Shown: one piece after another, positions 28,155 through 39,000 of the stretch | Numbering within the stretch: position 1 is the stretch's first letter | Layout: every line of letters starts with the position of its first letter | NCBI GenBank assembly: GCA_902805655.1 | Contig: CADCTF010000104.1 | Location: 38,302-102,301, forward strand | Length of the DNA stretch: 64,000 nucleotides | Direction of reading: 5' to 3' | Source: an uncultured Acidimicrobiales bacterium | GTDB lineage: Bacteria > Actinomycetota > Acidimicrobiia > Acidimicrobiales > CADCTF01 | Translations under genes and position numbers: made by a program | Notes under the pieces: model-generated | Seen by the model: only the letters and a program-made list of their open reading frames with translations | What the model was told of the DNA's origin: nothing | The model's database searches: none

Positions 28155-28224
28155 GCTCCACCACGACGTGGTGGTCGGCGACGGCCTACGGTGGCGCCCA
28201 GCAACTGAGACATGAGGAGGGGTC

Positions 28225-28761
28225 ATGCTCTACGCATTCGGCTTCGAGCGCATCGGTGTGGTGCTCAGCGACATCTATTTCATGGACCCACGGTCCCCCG
28301 AGGGCCAGGAGGGCGCGGAGCAGGGCGTCCGCCTCGAGGTGCGGTTCATCGCCAAGGAGGAGCTGAAGGGGTCGGTGTACTCGGCCCAGCCGATCTCGAT
28401 CAACGAGGCGATCTGGCGGGGCGACCTGCTCGAGTCGGTCGAGAACTCCGGCAGCTTCGACCGCACGCATCACCACCCCCGGTTCCGGGGATGGGAGCCG
28501 ACCCGACGGCACTTCGTCGAGGAGCTCTCCGCCGACCCCTTCGAGTGGGTGAGCGAGCGCCTGAGCAACCTCGACCTGCTGCTGGAAGAGGCCAACATCG
28601 AGAAGGAGCAGGTCGCTCCCACCGATGGCGCCGAGCTGCGCCGGGCGGTACCGGAGATCATCGAGGCGACGCGCCGGGTGCTCGAGCGGATCCGCGCCGG
28701 TGAGCTGGGCCAGGCACCTGCCGAGCCGACGCCGGCCGGCGCCCGCATCGGCTGGCTCTAG
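28225..28761 (+). CDS. Hypothetical protein
   Basis: GAGGAGG RBS upstream, strong GC3 bias; DRTHHHP motif. Confidence 0.75.
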   Translation: MLYAFGFERIGVVLSDIYFMDPRSPEGQEGAEQGVRLEVRFIAKEELKGSVYSAQPISINEAIWRGDLLESVENSGSFDRTHHHPRFRGWEPTRRHFVEELSADPFEWVSERLSNLDLLLEEANIEKEQVAPTDGAELRRAVPEIIEATRRVLERIRAGELGQAPAEPTPAGARIGWL

Positions 28762-28864
28762 CGCTGCAGTTCGAAACTACGGGTGACGTGCTCGAGCCCC
28801 GACAGCCTGGAGCCACTGCCGAAGTCGTCGATGTGCACGTCACCCGTATTTCGGCACAGCGCTA

Positions 28865-30112
28865 CTAGGCCGGCGCTCGCCCGCGGCGGTGCCCGCCGAT
28901 CTCGGCGGGCACGTTGCGGAAGAGGGCGAGCAACAACAGGTCGTAGGCGATCTTGCCGCCGCCGGCGATCACCAGGGGCCAGCCGAAGCTGGTGCGCGCC
29001 AGCAGGAGACCGGCCAGCAGCGGGGTGGTGGCAGAGGCCAGGCTGCGCGGCACGTTGGTGACGCTGGCCGCCGCCGCCCGCTCGCCCGGGGTCACCACTG
29101 CCATGACGAAGGCCTGCCGGGCGGGCACGTCCATCTGCGAGAACAGGGCACGTGCCAGCAACAGGCCGATGGCGAGGTCGGCCCGGGAAGCGAAGGCGGC
29201 CACCAACAACAGGGCGTTGGCCGGAAGGTGGGTGAAGACCATGGTGCGGATCAGCCCGATCCTCGCCGCAAGGGGCCCGGCCAGCAGCTGCGAGGCACCG
29301 CCCAACAAGCCGGCGGCGAAGAAGACGGTGGCGGTCGTGCCGGTGGACAGGTCGAAGCGCAGGTGCAGCCACAGCACCAGCAACGACTGCACGACGAAGC
29401 CGCTGGCGGCTGAATCGAGGCTGAACAGCGCGGCCAGCTCGTACACCGTGCGCCTCGACTCCCGCAGCGGCTGGCTGGGTGCCGCCTCGTTGCCCGGTTC
29501 TGCGTCGGCGGCGGGCCGTGGCAGGCCCCGGTACACGAGGGCGACCGCCACGGCGATGGCGGCATAGACCAGGAAGCCGGCTCGCTGTGTCGATCGCAGA
29601 TCCCATCCGAGGGCTCGGCTGAGCAGCTCCGGCCCACCCGAGGCCAGCGCGCCGAGCGCGGCGGCGATGCCGCCGGCCAGGTTGTATCGGGCGTAGAGGT
29701 AGGTCCGCCGGTCGGCGTCGACCGAGCCGGCCAGGAAGGCCTGCTCGGTCGGCAGGAAGACGCTGACGTCGCCGCCCGAGGGGTTGAGCGTCCCTAGGAC
29801 GGCGACGACCAGCAGGAGCCAGAAACCGGTGACGGCCGCGAAGCCCAGCCCGGTGGCGAGCATCAGCCCGCTGGCGACGAGCAGCAGCGAGCGCAGGGGC
29901 AGGCGATGGGCGGACAGCCCCACGCCGAGCGTGAGCGCGGCCGACCCGATCAGCGTCCCGGTGATGACGGCACCGATCTGGAAGGGGGACAGCCCGATCG
30001 CGGTGAGGTACGTGGCCAGCAGGACGCTGACGAAGCCGTCCGCGAAGCCCCGGAGGGCGCGGGCCGTCACGACCCGCGCCACCTCGGGCGACCCACCGAC
30101 CCGGGCCATCAC
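28865..30112 (-). CDS. MFS transporter
   Basis: RALRGFADG, LNPSGGDVSVFLPTEQ, MVFTHLPAN, SQMDVPARQ. Confidence 0.9.
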   Translation of the reverse strand: MMARVGGSPEVARVVTARALRGFADGFVSVLLATYLTAIGLSPFQIGAVITGTLIGSAALTLGVGLSAHRLPLRSLLLVASGLMLATGLGFAAVTGFWLLLVVAVLGTLNPSGGDVSVFLPTEQAFLAGSVDADRRTYLYARYNLAGGIAAALGALASGGPELLSRALGWDLRSTQRAGFLVYAAIAVAVALVYRGLPRPAADAEPGNEAAPSQPLRESRRTVYELAALFSLDSAASGFVVQSLLVLWLHLRFDLSTGTTATVFFAAGLLGGASQLLAGPLAARIGLIRTMVFTHLPANALLLVAAFASRADLAIGLLLARALFSQMDVPARQAFVMAVVTPGERAAAASVTNVPRSLASATTPLLAGLLLARTSFGWPLVIAGGGKIAYDLLLLALFRNVPAEIGGHRRGRAPA

Positions 30113-30145
30113 CGGGTCACGGGGCCGGCGTCAACGCAGCCCGGA

Positions 30146-31360
30146 TCAGGCCATCGCCTTCTGCAGGTTGGCGTCGAGGGCGGCCAGGAAGTCCTCGGTC
30201 GTGAGCCACGGCTCGTCCCGGCCGATGAGCAGCGACAGGTCCTTCGTCATCGAACCGCTCTCGACGGTCTCGACGCACACCCGCTCGAGCGTCTCGGCGA
30301 ACCGGGTGACCTCCGGCGTGTCGTCGAGCCGGCCGCGGAAGGCGAGGCCCCGCGTCCAGGCGAAGATGGAGGCGATCGGGTTGGTCGAGGTCTTGTTGCC
30401 CTTCTGGTGCTCTCGGAAGTGGCGGGTGACGGTGCCGTGGGCGGCCTCGGCCTCGCACGTCTTGCCGTCGGGGGTGAGGAGCACCGAGGTCATGAGGCCG
30501 AGCGAGCCGAAGCCCTGGGCCACGGTGTCGCTCTGCACGTCACCGTCGTAGTTCTTGCAGGCCCACACGTAGCCGCCCTCCCACTTCATGGCGGCGGCCA
30601 CCATGTCGTCGATGAGGCGGTGCTCGTAGGTGATGCCGGCGCTGTCGAAGTCGGTCTTGAACTCCGACTCGAAGACCTCCTGGAACAGGTCCTTGAACCG
30701 GCCGTCGTAGGCCTTCAGGATCGTGTTCTTGGTGGACAGGTACACCGGGTAGTTCCGGCTGAGGCCGTAGCGCAGGCTGGCCCGGGCGAAGTCGCGGATG
30801 GAGTCGTCGAAGTTGTACATGCCCATGGCGATGCCGCTGCCGGTGAACTTGGCGACCTCCATCTCCATGGGCTCGCCACCGTCCTCGGGTGTGTAGGTGA
30901 TCGTCACGGTGCCGGGCCCGGGCACCCGGAAGTCGGCCGCCTTGTACTGGTCGCCGTGGGCGTGACGGCCGATGACGATGGGCTTGGTCCACCCCGGCAC
31001 CAGGCGGGGGATGTTCGAGCAGATGATCGGCTCGCGGAACACGACGCCGCCGAGGATGTTGCGGATCGTGCCGTTGGGCGACTTCCACATCTTCTTGAGG
31101 CCGAACTCCTCGACACGAGCCTCGTCAGGCGTGATGGTGGCGCACTTGACGCCCACGCCGTGCTGCTTGATGGCCTCGGCCGAGTCGATCGTCACCTGGT
31201 CGTCGGTGGCGTCGCGGTGCTCCATGCCCAGGTCGAAGTAGAGGAGCTCGACGTCCAGGTACGGCAGCACCAGCTTGTCCTTGATGAACTGCCAGATGAT
31301 GCGGGTCATCTCGTCGCCGTCGAGCTCGACGACCGGGTTCGCAACCTTGATCTTGGCCAT
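30146..31360 (-). CDS. icd: NADP-dependent isocitrate dehydrogenase
   Basis: [45 protein letters not shown]. Confidence 0.97.
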   Translation of the reverse strand: MAKIKVANPVVELDGDEMTRIIWQFIKDKLVLPYLDVELLYFDLGMEHRDATDDQVTIDSAEAIKQHGVGVKCATITPDEARVEEFGLKKMWKSPNGTIRNILGGVVFREPIICSNIPRLVPGWTKPIVIGRHAHGDQYKAADFRVPGPGTVTITYTPEDGGEPMEMEVAKFTGSGIAMGMYNFDDSIRDFARASLRYGLSRNYPVYLSTKNTILKAYDGRFKDLFQEVFESEFKTDFDSAGITYEHRLIDDMVAAAMKWEGGYVWACKNYDGDVQSDTVAQGFGSLGLMTSVLLTPDGKTCEAEAAHGTVTRHFREHQKGNKTSTNPIASIFAWTRGLAFRGRLDDTPEVTRFAETLERVCVETVESGSMTKDLSLLIGRDEPWLTTEDFLAALDANLQKAMA

Positions 31361-31399
31361 GCCGGCGAGCCTATCGACGGCGCTTGCGAAGGAATGCCG

Positions 31400-32995
31400 T
31401 CAGGTCGGGGTGGTGCCGACCAGGATGGGCTCGAGGCACCAGTCCGGGTGGTCCTGCTCGAGGCGCTGCAGGGTCCACTCCGTCTCGAAGAGGGCGAGCA
31501 GCTCGGCGTCCCGCCGGCGCAGCACCCGGATCCGCGAGTTCTTCACCAGCTCTCGGGCCGTGGCCTCGTCGGTGCGCCGGGCGAGGGTGTGAGGCATGCG
31601 CAGCAGCTCGACCTCGGCGCCGAACTCGTTCTTGAGGCGGTGCACGAAGACCTCGAACTGCATGGCGCCCACCGCCGCGAGGATCGGCGTGGGGTCGCCG
31701 TTCGGGTCGCGGAGCACCTGCACCACGCCTTCCTGCTCGAGCTGGTCGAGGCCCCGCCGGAACTGCTTGTACCGACCGGTGTCGATGCCTCGCGCCGCGG
31801 CGAAGAGCTCGGGCGCGAAGGTCGGGATCTCGGGGTAGGCGACCGGCTCGTCCACGTAGAGGCTGTCGCCGATGTGGAGCTCGCTGGCGTTGACCAGGCC
31901 GATGACGTCGCCCGGGAACGCCAGGTCGATGGTGTCGCGCTCGGCGCCGAACACCGATGCCGCGTACTTCGTGTTGAAGGGCTTCCCGGTGCGGCCGTGC
32001 ACCGCCGTCATCCCGCGCTCGAAGCGGCCGGAGCACACCCGGAGGAAGGCCACGTGGTCGCGGTGGCCCGGGTTCATGTTGGCCTGGATCTTGAAGACGA
32101 AGCCGCTGAAGCCGCTGTCGAGTGGCCGGGAGGTGCCGTCGCGATCCTCTCGGGGCGTGGGCGACGGAGCGAGGTCGACCACCGCGTCGAGCAGGTGGCG
32201 AACGCCGAAGTTGGTCAGGGCGGAACCCACGAACAAGGGGCTGGACTCGCCCTCCCGGAACGACTCCGTGTCGAGGTCGGCACCGACCTCGTCGAGCAGT
32301 GAGGTCTCGTCCACGGCCTGGGCCCACGCGGCACCCTCCTCCTTGGCGGCCACGTCCGCTTCGAGGATCTCCTCACCCGCGGCCATCGCCCCTCGGGCCG
32401 TGCGGGTGAACCGGGCGAAGTGGCCCGTGCGCCGGTCGATGACGCCGCGGAAGTCGCCTGGGATGCCGACCGGCCAGGTCACCGGTGTGGCCCGCAGCTG
32501 GATCTGCTGCTCGAGCTCGTCCACCAGCTCCAGCGGGTCACGCCCAGGCCGGTCGTACTTGTTGATGAAGGTGAGGATGGGCAGCTGCCGAGCCCGGCAC
32601 ACCTCGAACAGCTTGCGGGTCTGCGTCTCGATGCCGCGAGCCACGTCGAGCACCATCACCGCTGCGTCGGCCGCAGCCAGCACCCGGTAGGTGTCCTCGG
32701 AGAAGTCCCGGTGGCCGGGGGTGTCGAGCAGGTTCACCACGTGGTCGCGGTAGGTGAACTGCAGCACCGTCGACGTGATGGAGATGCCGCGCTCCTGCTC
32801 CATCGCCATCCAGTCCGAGGTGGCCGACCGCCGCCCGGCCCGGGCCTTCACCGCCCCCGCCTCCGACACCGCACCCGCGTAGAGCAGGAACTTCTCGGTC
32901 AACGTCGTCTTCCCGGCGTCGGGGTGGCTGATGATGGCGAAGGTCCGCCGGCGGGTCGCCTCGGACGACGGGGTTCCGTTGAGCAAGGGATTCAA
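31400..32995 (-). CDS. prfC: Peptide chain release factor 3
   Basis: RRRTFAIISHPDAGKTT, DTPGHRDFSEDTYR, NKYD, FKIQANM; start uncertain (TTG 32995 chosen). Confidence 0.95.
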   Translation of the reverse strand: MNPLLNGTPSSEATRRRTFAIISHPDAGKTTLTEKFLLYAGAVSEAGAVKARAGRRSATSDWMAMEQERGISITSTVLQFTYRDHVVNLLDTPGHRDFSEDTYRVLAAADAAVMVLDVARGIETQTRKLFEVCRARQLPILTFINKYDRPGRDPLELVDELEQQIQLRATPVTWPVGIPGDFRGVIDRRTGHFARFTRTARGAMAAGEEILEADVAAKEEGAAWAQAVDETSLLDEVGADLDTESFREGESSPLFVGSALTNFGVRHLLDAVVDLAPSPTPREDRDGTSRPLDSGFSGFVFKIQANMNPGHRDHVAFLRVCSGRFERGMTAVHGRTGKPFNTKYAASVFGAERDTIDLAFPGDVIGLVNASELHIGDSLYVDEPVAYPEIPTFAPELFAAARGIDTGRYKQFRRGLDQLEQEGVVQVLRDPNGDPTPILAAVGAMQFEVFVHRLKNEFGAEVELLRMPHTLARRTDEATARELVKNSRIRVLRRRDAELLALFETEWTLQRLEQDHPDWCLEPILVGTTPT

Positions 32996-33122
32996 ACTAC
33001 TGGCGAGGTCGCGTGTGCCCGATGCCACACCTCGTAAAGGTGTTATTTCGGCGGCCGTCTCTCTAGTGTTCGCCACGGGTGGTAAGCGGGTTTCACCCCC
33101 TGGACGAAGTCGAGGTGCCGTC

Positions 33123-35477
33123 GTGCTCAGTCGTATCGGACGCTGGTGTCACAACCGCCGCGGAATCGTGGTCATCTCGTGGTTGGTGCTCCTGTTCGTC
33201 ATGGGGGGCATCTCCGGCGCGGTCGGCTCCGCCTTCAGCACCGCCTTCTCGTTGCCGGACGTCGAGAGCGCGCGGGGCTTCGACATCCTGGAGGAGCACT
33301 TCGGCGGCCAGGGCGGTGGCGCGGGGGGCACGATCGTGTTCCGCACCGATTCCGGGGTCGCCGATCCGCAGGTGCAACAGGCCATGTCCGGCTTCCTCGC
33401 CGCCGTCGACGACATACCCGACCTCGAGGTGGTGAGCCCCTACTCGCCGGAGGGCCAGCAGCAGATCGTGGCCGTCGGGCCGGAGGCCGGCAAGATCGCG
33501 TACGCCCAGGTGAGCGTGCCGACCGACTACTCCATCGAGCAGGCGGCCGAGGTCACGAAGCGGATGGACGAGCTGAAGCCGCAGATCCCGGGTCTGCAGG
33601 TCGAGTACGGCGGCGCCATCTTCGCCGAGTTCGCCGCGCCCGAGTCGGAGATCCTGGGCCTGGCCTTCGCCATCTTCATCCTGGTCGTGGCCTTCGGCTC
33701 GGTGCTGGCCATGGGCCTGCCGATCGGCACGGCCATCGCCGGCATCGGTCTCGGCTCGATCGTCGTCGGCCTGCTCTCGAACGTCGTCGAGATGCCCGAC
33801 TTCACCAGCATCCTCGCCGTGATGATCGGCCTCGGCGTCGGCATCGACTACGCCCTCTTCATCGTCACCCGCTATCGGGAGGGCCTGCACGCGGGGCTCA
33901 GCACCGAGCACGCGGTCGGCGTGGCCATCAACACGGCCGGCCGCGCCGTGCTCTTCGCCGGGACGACCGTCGTCATCTCGCTCCTCGGCATGCTGCTCAT
34001 GAACCTGGCCTTCGTGAGCGGCCTCGGCATCGGCGCGGCCGTCACGGTGCTGATGACCATGCTGGCGTCGATCACGCTGCTGCCGGCCCTGCTCGGCTTC
34101 GCCGGCGAGCGCGTCGAGGTCACCCGCTGGCGCGGGCTGATCGCGGCCTCGTTGGTGGCGATAGCCCTGCTGGCCGTGGGCGTCGGCATGGGGGAGCTGG
34201 CCCTGTTCGTGGCTCTGCCTCTGGCGGTCATCGTGCTGATCGCCGGCTTCTTCGTCGGGCCGCTGAAGCGGGAGGTGCCCCGACGGGCGGTGAAGCCGGT
34301 CGAGCGGACGCCGGCGTATCGCTGGAGCCACTGGATCCAGGCCCACCCGTGGCCGGCGGTGATCGCCGGCACCGTGGCCCTGCTGGTGATGGCCGCACCG
34401 GTGCTGTCGCTGCGCCTGGGCTTCGCCGACGAGGGCAACTACCCCGAGGAGACCACGACCCGGAAGGCCTATGACCTGCTGGCGACCGGCTTCGGTCCCG
34501 GGTTCAACGGCCCGATCCTCTTGGCCAGCGAGCTGCCTTCGGGCACGTCGCCGGAGTCGCTGCAGCGGGTCACGGACGCTCTCACCCAGTCGCCGGGGGT
34601 GGCCTTCGCCACGCCGGCCCGGCCGAACAACCCCGACCTCGCCGGGGCCACGGCGGCGCTGTGGACGGTCATCCCCACCACTGCGCCCCAGGACGAAGCG
34701 ACCTCCGACCTCGTCAAGCGGCTGCGGAGCGACGTGCTGCCGCCCGCCACCGCGGGCACCGGCCTGGACGTCGCCGTCTCCGGCTCGGTGGGGGCGAGCG
34801 TCGACTTCACCAACTACATAGCGGCACGCCTGCCGATGTTCATCGGTGTCGTGCTGAGCCTGTCGTTCGTGCTGCTGATGCTCGTCTTCCGCTCGCTGCT
34901 CGTGCCGCTGAAGGCGGTCATCATGAACCTGATCTCCATCGCCGCCGCCTACGGCCTGGTGGTGGCGGTGTTCCAGTGGGGTTGGGGGAAGGAGCTCATC
35001 GGCATCGGCAAGGGCGGGCCGATCGAGCCGTTCGTACCGATGATGATGTTCGCCATCGTGTTCGGTCTGTCGATGGACTACGAGGTCTTTCTCCTCTCTC
35101 GTGTGAAGGAGGAGTACGACCGAGGGTCGTCGAACGCGAAGGCGGTCACCGACGGGCTGACCTCCACCGCCCGGGTCATCACCGCCGCGGCCGCCATCAT
35201 GGTGTTCGTGTTCGGCAGCTTCCTTCTGGAGGCCGACCGGATCATCAAGATGTTCGGGCTCGGCCTGGCCAGCGCGATCCTGCTCGACGCCACCATCGTC
35301 CGCATGCTCCTCGTGCCGGCCACCATGGAGCTGCTGGGTGAGGCCAACTGGTGGCTGCCGAAGTGGCTCGGTCGCATCCTGCCGAAGATCGACGTCGAGG
35401 GCAGCGGGAACGACACGCTACAAGACATCGAAGCGGGAGAGGTCGAGGGCGAGAGCCCGGTGCCGGCCGGCGTCTGA
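33123..35477 (+). CDS. MMPL (RND-superfamily) transporter
   Basis: GLGVGIDYALFIVTRYRE, FGPGFNGP, FGLSMDYEVFLLSR, DATIVRMLLVPA. Confidence 0.93.
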   Translation: MLSRIGRWCHNRRGIVVISWLVLLFVMGGISGAVGSAFSTAFSLPDVESARGFDILEEHFGGQGGGAGGTIVFRTDSGVADPQVQQAMSGFLAAVDDIPDLEVVSPYSPEGQQQIVAVGPEAGKIAYAQVSVPTDYSIEQAAEVTKRMDELKPQIPGLQVEYGGAIFAEFAAPESEILGLAFAIFILVVAFGSVLAMGLPIGTAIAGIGLGSIVVGLLSNVVEMPDFTSILAVMIGLGVGIDYALFIVTRYREGLHAGLSTEHAVGVAINTAGRAVLFAGTTVVISLLGMLLMNLAFVSGLGIGAAVTVLMTMLASITLLPALLGFAGERVEVTRWRGLIAASLVAIALLAVGVGMGELALFVALPLAVIVLIAGFFVGPLKREVPRRAVKPVERTPAYRWSHWIQAHPWPAVIAGTVALLVMAAPVLSLRLGFADEGNYPEETTTRKAYDLLATGFGPGFNGPILLASELPSGTSPESLQRVTDALTQSPGVAFATPARPNNPDLAGATAALWTVIPTTAPQDEATSDLVKRLRSDVLPPATAGTGLDVAVSGSVGASVDFTNYIAARLPMFIGVVLSLSFVLLMLVFRSLLVPLKAVIMNLISIAAAYGLVVAVFQWGWGKELIGIGKGGPIEPFVPMMMFAIVFGLSMDYEVFLLSRVKEEYDRGSSNAKAVTDGLTSTARVITAAAAIMVFVFGSFLLEADRIIKMFGLGLASAILLDATIVRMLLVPATMELLGEANWWLPKWLGRILPKIDVEGSGNDTLQDIEAGEVEGESPVPAGV

Positions 35478-35512
35478 GGGCTCAGGAGGCAGGCGGAACC
35501 CGCTTCGTCAGC

Positions 35513-35890
35513 TCAGGGGTCGAGCCGGTGCCGCTCCGCCGTCAGGTCCTGCACGCCTTCACGCTCGAGCATGCGGTCCACTGCGGTGTACCGCTCGCGC
35601 TCGGCCAGGGCCAGGCGCTCCCGAGCGGCCAGCTCCTGCATGCGGAGACGGTGGCGCAGCTGGATGACGTTCCGCCCCGCCATGGTGACGGCCGCGATGA
35701 CGGCGATGGCCGCGAGCACCCAGATGAGAGGGCCGTCGCTGTTGCTGAGGATGGCGGTGAGCGGGATGCTGATGCCGGCCAGAGGGATCAGCACCCACAC
35801 GTTGCCGCTGGCGAAGAACCCGGGCGGCTCGGTGGAGGTGGCCCGGTCGATCTCGTCGTCCCGGTGTCGCTTGCTGTCCCCCGCGCTCAT
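35513..35890 (-). CDS. Hypothetical small membrane protein
   Basis: Two TM helices followed by a charged coiled-coil-like tail. Confidence 0.65.
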   Translation of the reverse strand: MSAGDSKRHRDDEIDRATSTEPPGFFASGNVWVLIPLAGISIPLTAILSNSDGPLIWVLAAIAVIAAVTMAGRNVIQLRHRLRMQELAARERLALAERERYTAVDRMLEREGVQDLTAERHRLDP

Positions 35891-35907
35891 GGGGAAAGTG
35901 TAGGCCC

Positions 35908-36468
35908 ATGACCCCCCACGAGACCGGTGAGGCCGCCGTCGACGCGGTGCACGCCAGCCCCTCCCACACCATGGCCAAGGGCACCCGGCTGGGCATCCGG
36001 CTCGTCGAGGGGCTCGGTGTGGAAGGTGACGCCCACTCGGGCACCACGGTGAAGCACCGGTCCCGGGTGCAGCGCGACCCGACCACGCCCAACCTGCGTC
36101 AGGTGCACCTGATCCACGCCGAGCTGCACGAGGAGCTGCGGCTCCGGGGCTTCGCCGTGGTCGCCGGGCAGATGGGTGAGAACGTCACCACCCGAGGCGT
36201 CGACCTGCTGTCGCTGCCGACGGGGACTCGTCTGCGCCTCGGGTCGGACGCGGTCATCGAGGTCACCGGGCTGCGGAACCCGTGCAAGCAGCTGGAAGGC
36301 ATCCAGCCGGGTCTGATGGCGGCGGTGCTCGACCGCGACGAGGACGGCAACCTCGTGCGCAAGGCCGGGATCATGGCGGTCGTGCTGCGCAGCGGCGACG
36401 TGGGCCCGGGCGACCGCATCACCGTCGACCTCCCCGCCCAGCCGCATCGCCCCCTCTCGCCCGTCTGA
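35908..36468 (+). CDS. MOSC-domain protein
   Basis: GVEGDAH, NLRQVHLI, GENVTT, RNPCKQL, GIMAVV. Confidence 0.9.
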   Translation: MTPHETGEAAVDAVHASPSHTMAKGTRLGIRLVEGLGVEGDAHSGTTVKHRSRVQRDPTTPNLRQVHLIHAELHEELRLRGFAVVAGQMGENVTTRGVDLLSLPTGTRLRLGSDAVIEVTGLRNPCKQLEGIQPGLMAAVLDRDEDGNLVRKAGIMAVVLRSGDVGPGDRITVDLPAQPHRPLSPV

Positions 36469-36471
36469 GAG

Positions 36472-37113
36472 TCAGGCGGCGAGGTGCCAGACCATGGCGT
36501 AGTGGCTGGCGGCCCCTACGAGCGTGCACACGTGCCACACCTCGTGGAAGCCGAACACGGCGGGGTTCGGGTCGGGCCGGTGGCGCAGCAGCACGATCGC
36601 GCCCGCGGTGTAGGCGACGCCGCCGAAGAGCATGAGGGCGAGGGTCGCCGTGCTCACCCGGGGGACGATGGCCGGCAGCGCCAGCACGGCGAGCCAGCCC
36701 ATCACGATGTACAGCGAGTTGGCCAACACGCGCAGCTTGTCGATGCCGACGACCTTCAGCACCACGCCGGCCGCCGCCCCCGCCCACACGGCCACGAGCA
36801 TCGGGACGCCCCAACGGCGAGGAAGCACCAGGACGCAGAGGGGCGTGTAGGTGCCGGCGATCAGGACGTAGATCATCGAGTGGTCGAGGCGGCGCATGCG
36901 CCGGCGGGCCACCGGGCTGTGCGCCAGGCGGTGATAGGCGCCCGAGGTGCCGAGCACCAGGGCCAGGCTCACGGCGAAGACGGCGGCACTGGCCCGGGCC
37001 GTGGCGCCGTCGGCGCTGGCCAGCAACGCGGTCCCGGCGGGTACGGAGCAGGCGAAGGCCCAGGCGTGCATGCGGCCGCGCCACGTGGGGCGCTCGCTCA
37101 CGTCAGAGCCCAT
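36472..37113 (-). CDS. Hemolysin-III/PAQR family membrane protein
   Basis: RGRMH, SGAYH, RLDHSMIYVLIAGTYTP, GFHEVWH. Confidence 0.92.
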   Translation of the reverse strand: MGSDVSERPTWRGRMHAWAFACSVPAGTALLASADGATARASAAVFAVSLALVLGTSGAYHRLAHSPVARRRMRRLDHSMIYVLIAGTYTPLCVLVLPRRWGVPMLVAVWAGAAAGVVLKVVGIDKLRVLANSLYIVMGWLAVLALPAIVPRVSTATLALMLFGGVAYTAGAIVLLRHRPDPNPAVFGFHEVWHVCTLVGAASHYAMVWHLAA

Positions 37114-37236
37114 CGTCGAGACCACGTCGGCTGATGTACCCACACGTCGGCTGCCGCACCGCAGCCCGCTTCGGGTGGCGCATCGCCACTGGAGCGGCCT
37201 CGGCGCGTCGTTGACCTGGGACGACGCGGGGCACGG

Positions 37237-37297
37237 GATGGCGTAATGCGGACAACACACAACTCGTACGGCCAGTTCATCGTTGCCTCTTACTTTC
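37237..37297 (+). promoter_or_regulatory. Conserved 61-bp promoter motif, copy 1 (GlnR-like boxes + -10)
   Basis: GTAAT-n6-AACAC-n6-CGTAC-n6-TTCAT-n10-TACTTT; aligns without gaps to 42858 and 45012. Confidence 0.75.
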
Positions 37298-37360
37298 GCC
37301 TCGGTCGTCCCCCGAGGGTGCTCGCGCACCCCCGATCCCACAGCCGAGAGAACGAGAGAC

Positions 37361-38971
37361 ATGACATCTCCCCACCGTCCGTCCCGAAGCTGGTTCGTCG
37401 GAGCCCTGGCCGTCTTGAGCCTGATCGCAGCCGCCTGCGGTGGCGGTGCCGGCAGCACGGAGGCGGGTGATGCGGCACCCACCGCCATCATCCCCAAGGA
37501 GGACCGGAAGCTGGCGCCCAACCAGAACCTGGTCGTCCGCCAGTACAGCGAGCCGCAGAGCTTCGACCCGGCCTTCCTCTTCCGGATCGAGAACGAGCAG
37601 ATCGCCATCAACCTCTACAGCGGCCTCACGACCTACGACCCGATGACGGCCGAGCCGATCCCGGATCTGGCCAAGAGCTGGGAGATCTCGCCCGATGGCC
37701 TCACCTACACCTTCGCCCTGGTCGACAACGCCCAGTGGCACGACGGCTCGGGGGTCCTGACGTCGGCGGACGTCAAGTACTCGTACGAGCGGGTGATGAA
37801 CCCGGCCACCGGCTCCACCTACCGAGCCGAGTTCGCGAACGTGGCCAGCATCGAGGCGCCGTCCGACTTCGTCGTCGTGATCAAGCTGAAGTCGCCCGAC
37901 GCCAACTTCCTCTACCAGGTGGGCAACAACCACCAGGGACAGGTCGTCAAGCAGTCGGTCGTCGAGCGGCTGGGATCGCAGTACGCCCGCAACCCGATCG
38001 GCACCGGGCCCTTCAAGCTCAAGGAGTGGGTGCCCAACTCGACCATGGTGCTGGCCGCCCACGACGGCTACTTCAAGGGGCGCCCGCACCTGGACACCAT
38101 CACCTTCGACCTCATCACCGACAACTCGACGGCCGAGACGGCCCTGCTCAACGGTGAGGTGTCGCTGGCCTCCGGCGTGAGCGGTCTGAGCACCGAGCAG
38201 TTCGACCGCATCCGCAACACGCCGGGCTTCGTGATGCACCAGTCCAAGGACTACGTCGTGAACGTGTGGCTGTTCGGCCCCGACGTGGCGCAGTTCAAGG
38301 ACGCAAGGGTGCGCCGTGCCTTCGGCATGGCCATCGACGAGGAGACCATCGGCAAGACCCTCACGCCTTACACGTCCGGCAAGTCCACTTCGATCCTGCC
38401 GCCGTGGATGGAGGTCTACGACAAGGACTCGAAGGGCCTGCCCTACGACCCGGCCGGGGCCCAGAAGCTCCTCGCCGACGCCGGCTACGCCAACGGGTTC
38501 ACCGTGAAGTACATGAGCACCTCCAGCACGGATGCCCTGCTGCTCCGTCAGCAGTACCTGGCCAAGGTCGGCATCAAGCTCGAGATCGAGATCGTCGAGC
38601 CGGCCGTGTACAACTCCCGCCGCCAGTCGGCCAGCTTCGAGCTGTCCGGCCGCCTGTACCCGGCGGTGAACCCCGACACGCTGCTGTTCGGCTACCTGCA
38701 CCCCGAGAGCGCCGCACCTGCCGGGCTCAACAGCTTCAAGTACTCCAACCCGACCCTCACGACCCTCCTCGAGAAGGCCCGGGCGTCACTCGACGAGTCG
38801 GAGCGGCTGGATCTCTACAAGCAGGCGCAGAAGCTCGTGGCCGACGAGGTGCCGTACATCCCCATGACCGTCTCGAGCAACGTCTGGATCGGTACGGACA
38901 AGGTCAAGAACGTCCAGGTCAACCGGCTGGCCAGCGTGGACTTCCATCCCGTCTACATCTCCTCCGAGTGA
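37361..38971 (+). CDS. ABC transporter substrate-binding lipoprotein, family 5
   Basis: Lipobox IAAAC; EPQSFDP, PDLAKSWE, PIGTGPFKL. Confidence 0.92.
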   Translation: MTSPHRPSRSWFVGALAVLSLIAAACGGGAGSTEAGDAAPTAIIPKEDRKLAPNQNLVVRQYSEPQSFDPAFLFRIENEQIAINLYSGLTTYDPMTAEPIPDLAKSWEISPDGLTYTFALVDNAQWHDGSGVLTSADVKYSYERVMNPATGSTYRAEFANVASIEAPSDFVVVIKLKSPDANFLYQVGNNHQGQVVKQSVVERLGSQYARNPIGTGPFKLKEWVPNSTMVLAAHDGYFKGRPHLDTITFDLITDNSTAETALLNGEVSLASGVSGLSTEQFDRIRNTPGFVMHQSKDYVVNVWLFGPDVAQFKDARVRRAFGMAIDEETIGKTLTPYTSGKSTSILPPWMEVYDKDSKGLPYDPAGAQKLLADAGYANGFTVKYMSTSSTDALLLRQQYLAKVGIKLEIEIVEPAVYNSRRQSASFELSGRLYPAVNPDTLLFGYLHPESAAPAGLNSFKYSNPTLTTLLEKARASLDESERLDLYKQAQKLVADEVPYIPMTVSSNVWIGTDKVKNVQVNRLASVDFHPVYISSE

Positions 38972-39000
38972 GCTGAGCGAGAGGGAAGAGGAGGCTCCAC

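Noticed and set aside
29906-32302. 798-aa plus-strand ORF and similar long ORFs (9677-11362, 19274-21040, 15974-17380, 59788-61356, 61565-63436)
   Set aside because: Antisense shadows of clear genes (icd/prfC, SBP, guaB, ABC-F, LLM, HAD); stop-poor reverse frames are expected in high-GC DNA and they carry no recognisable motifs
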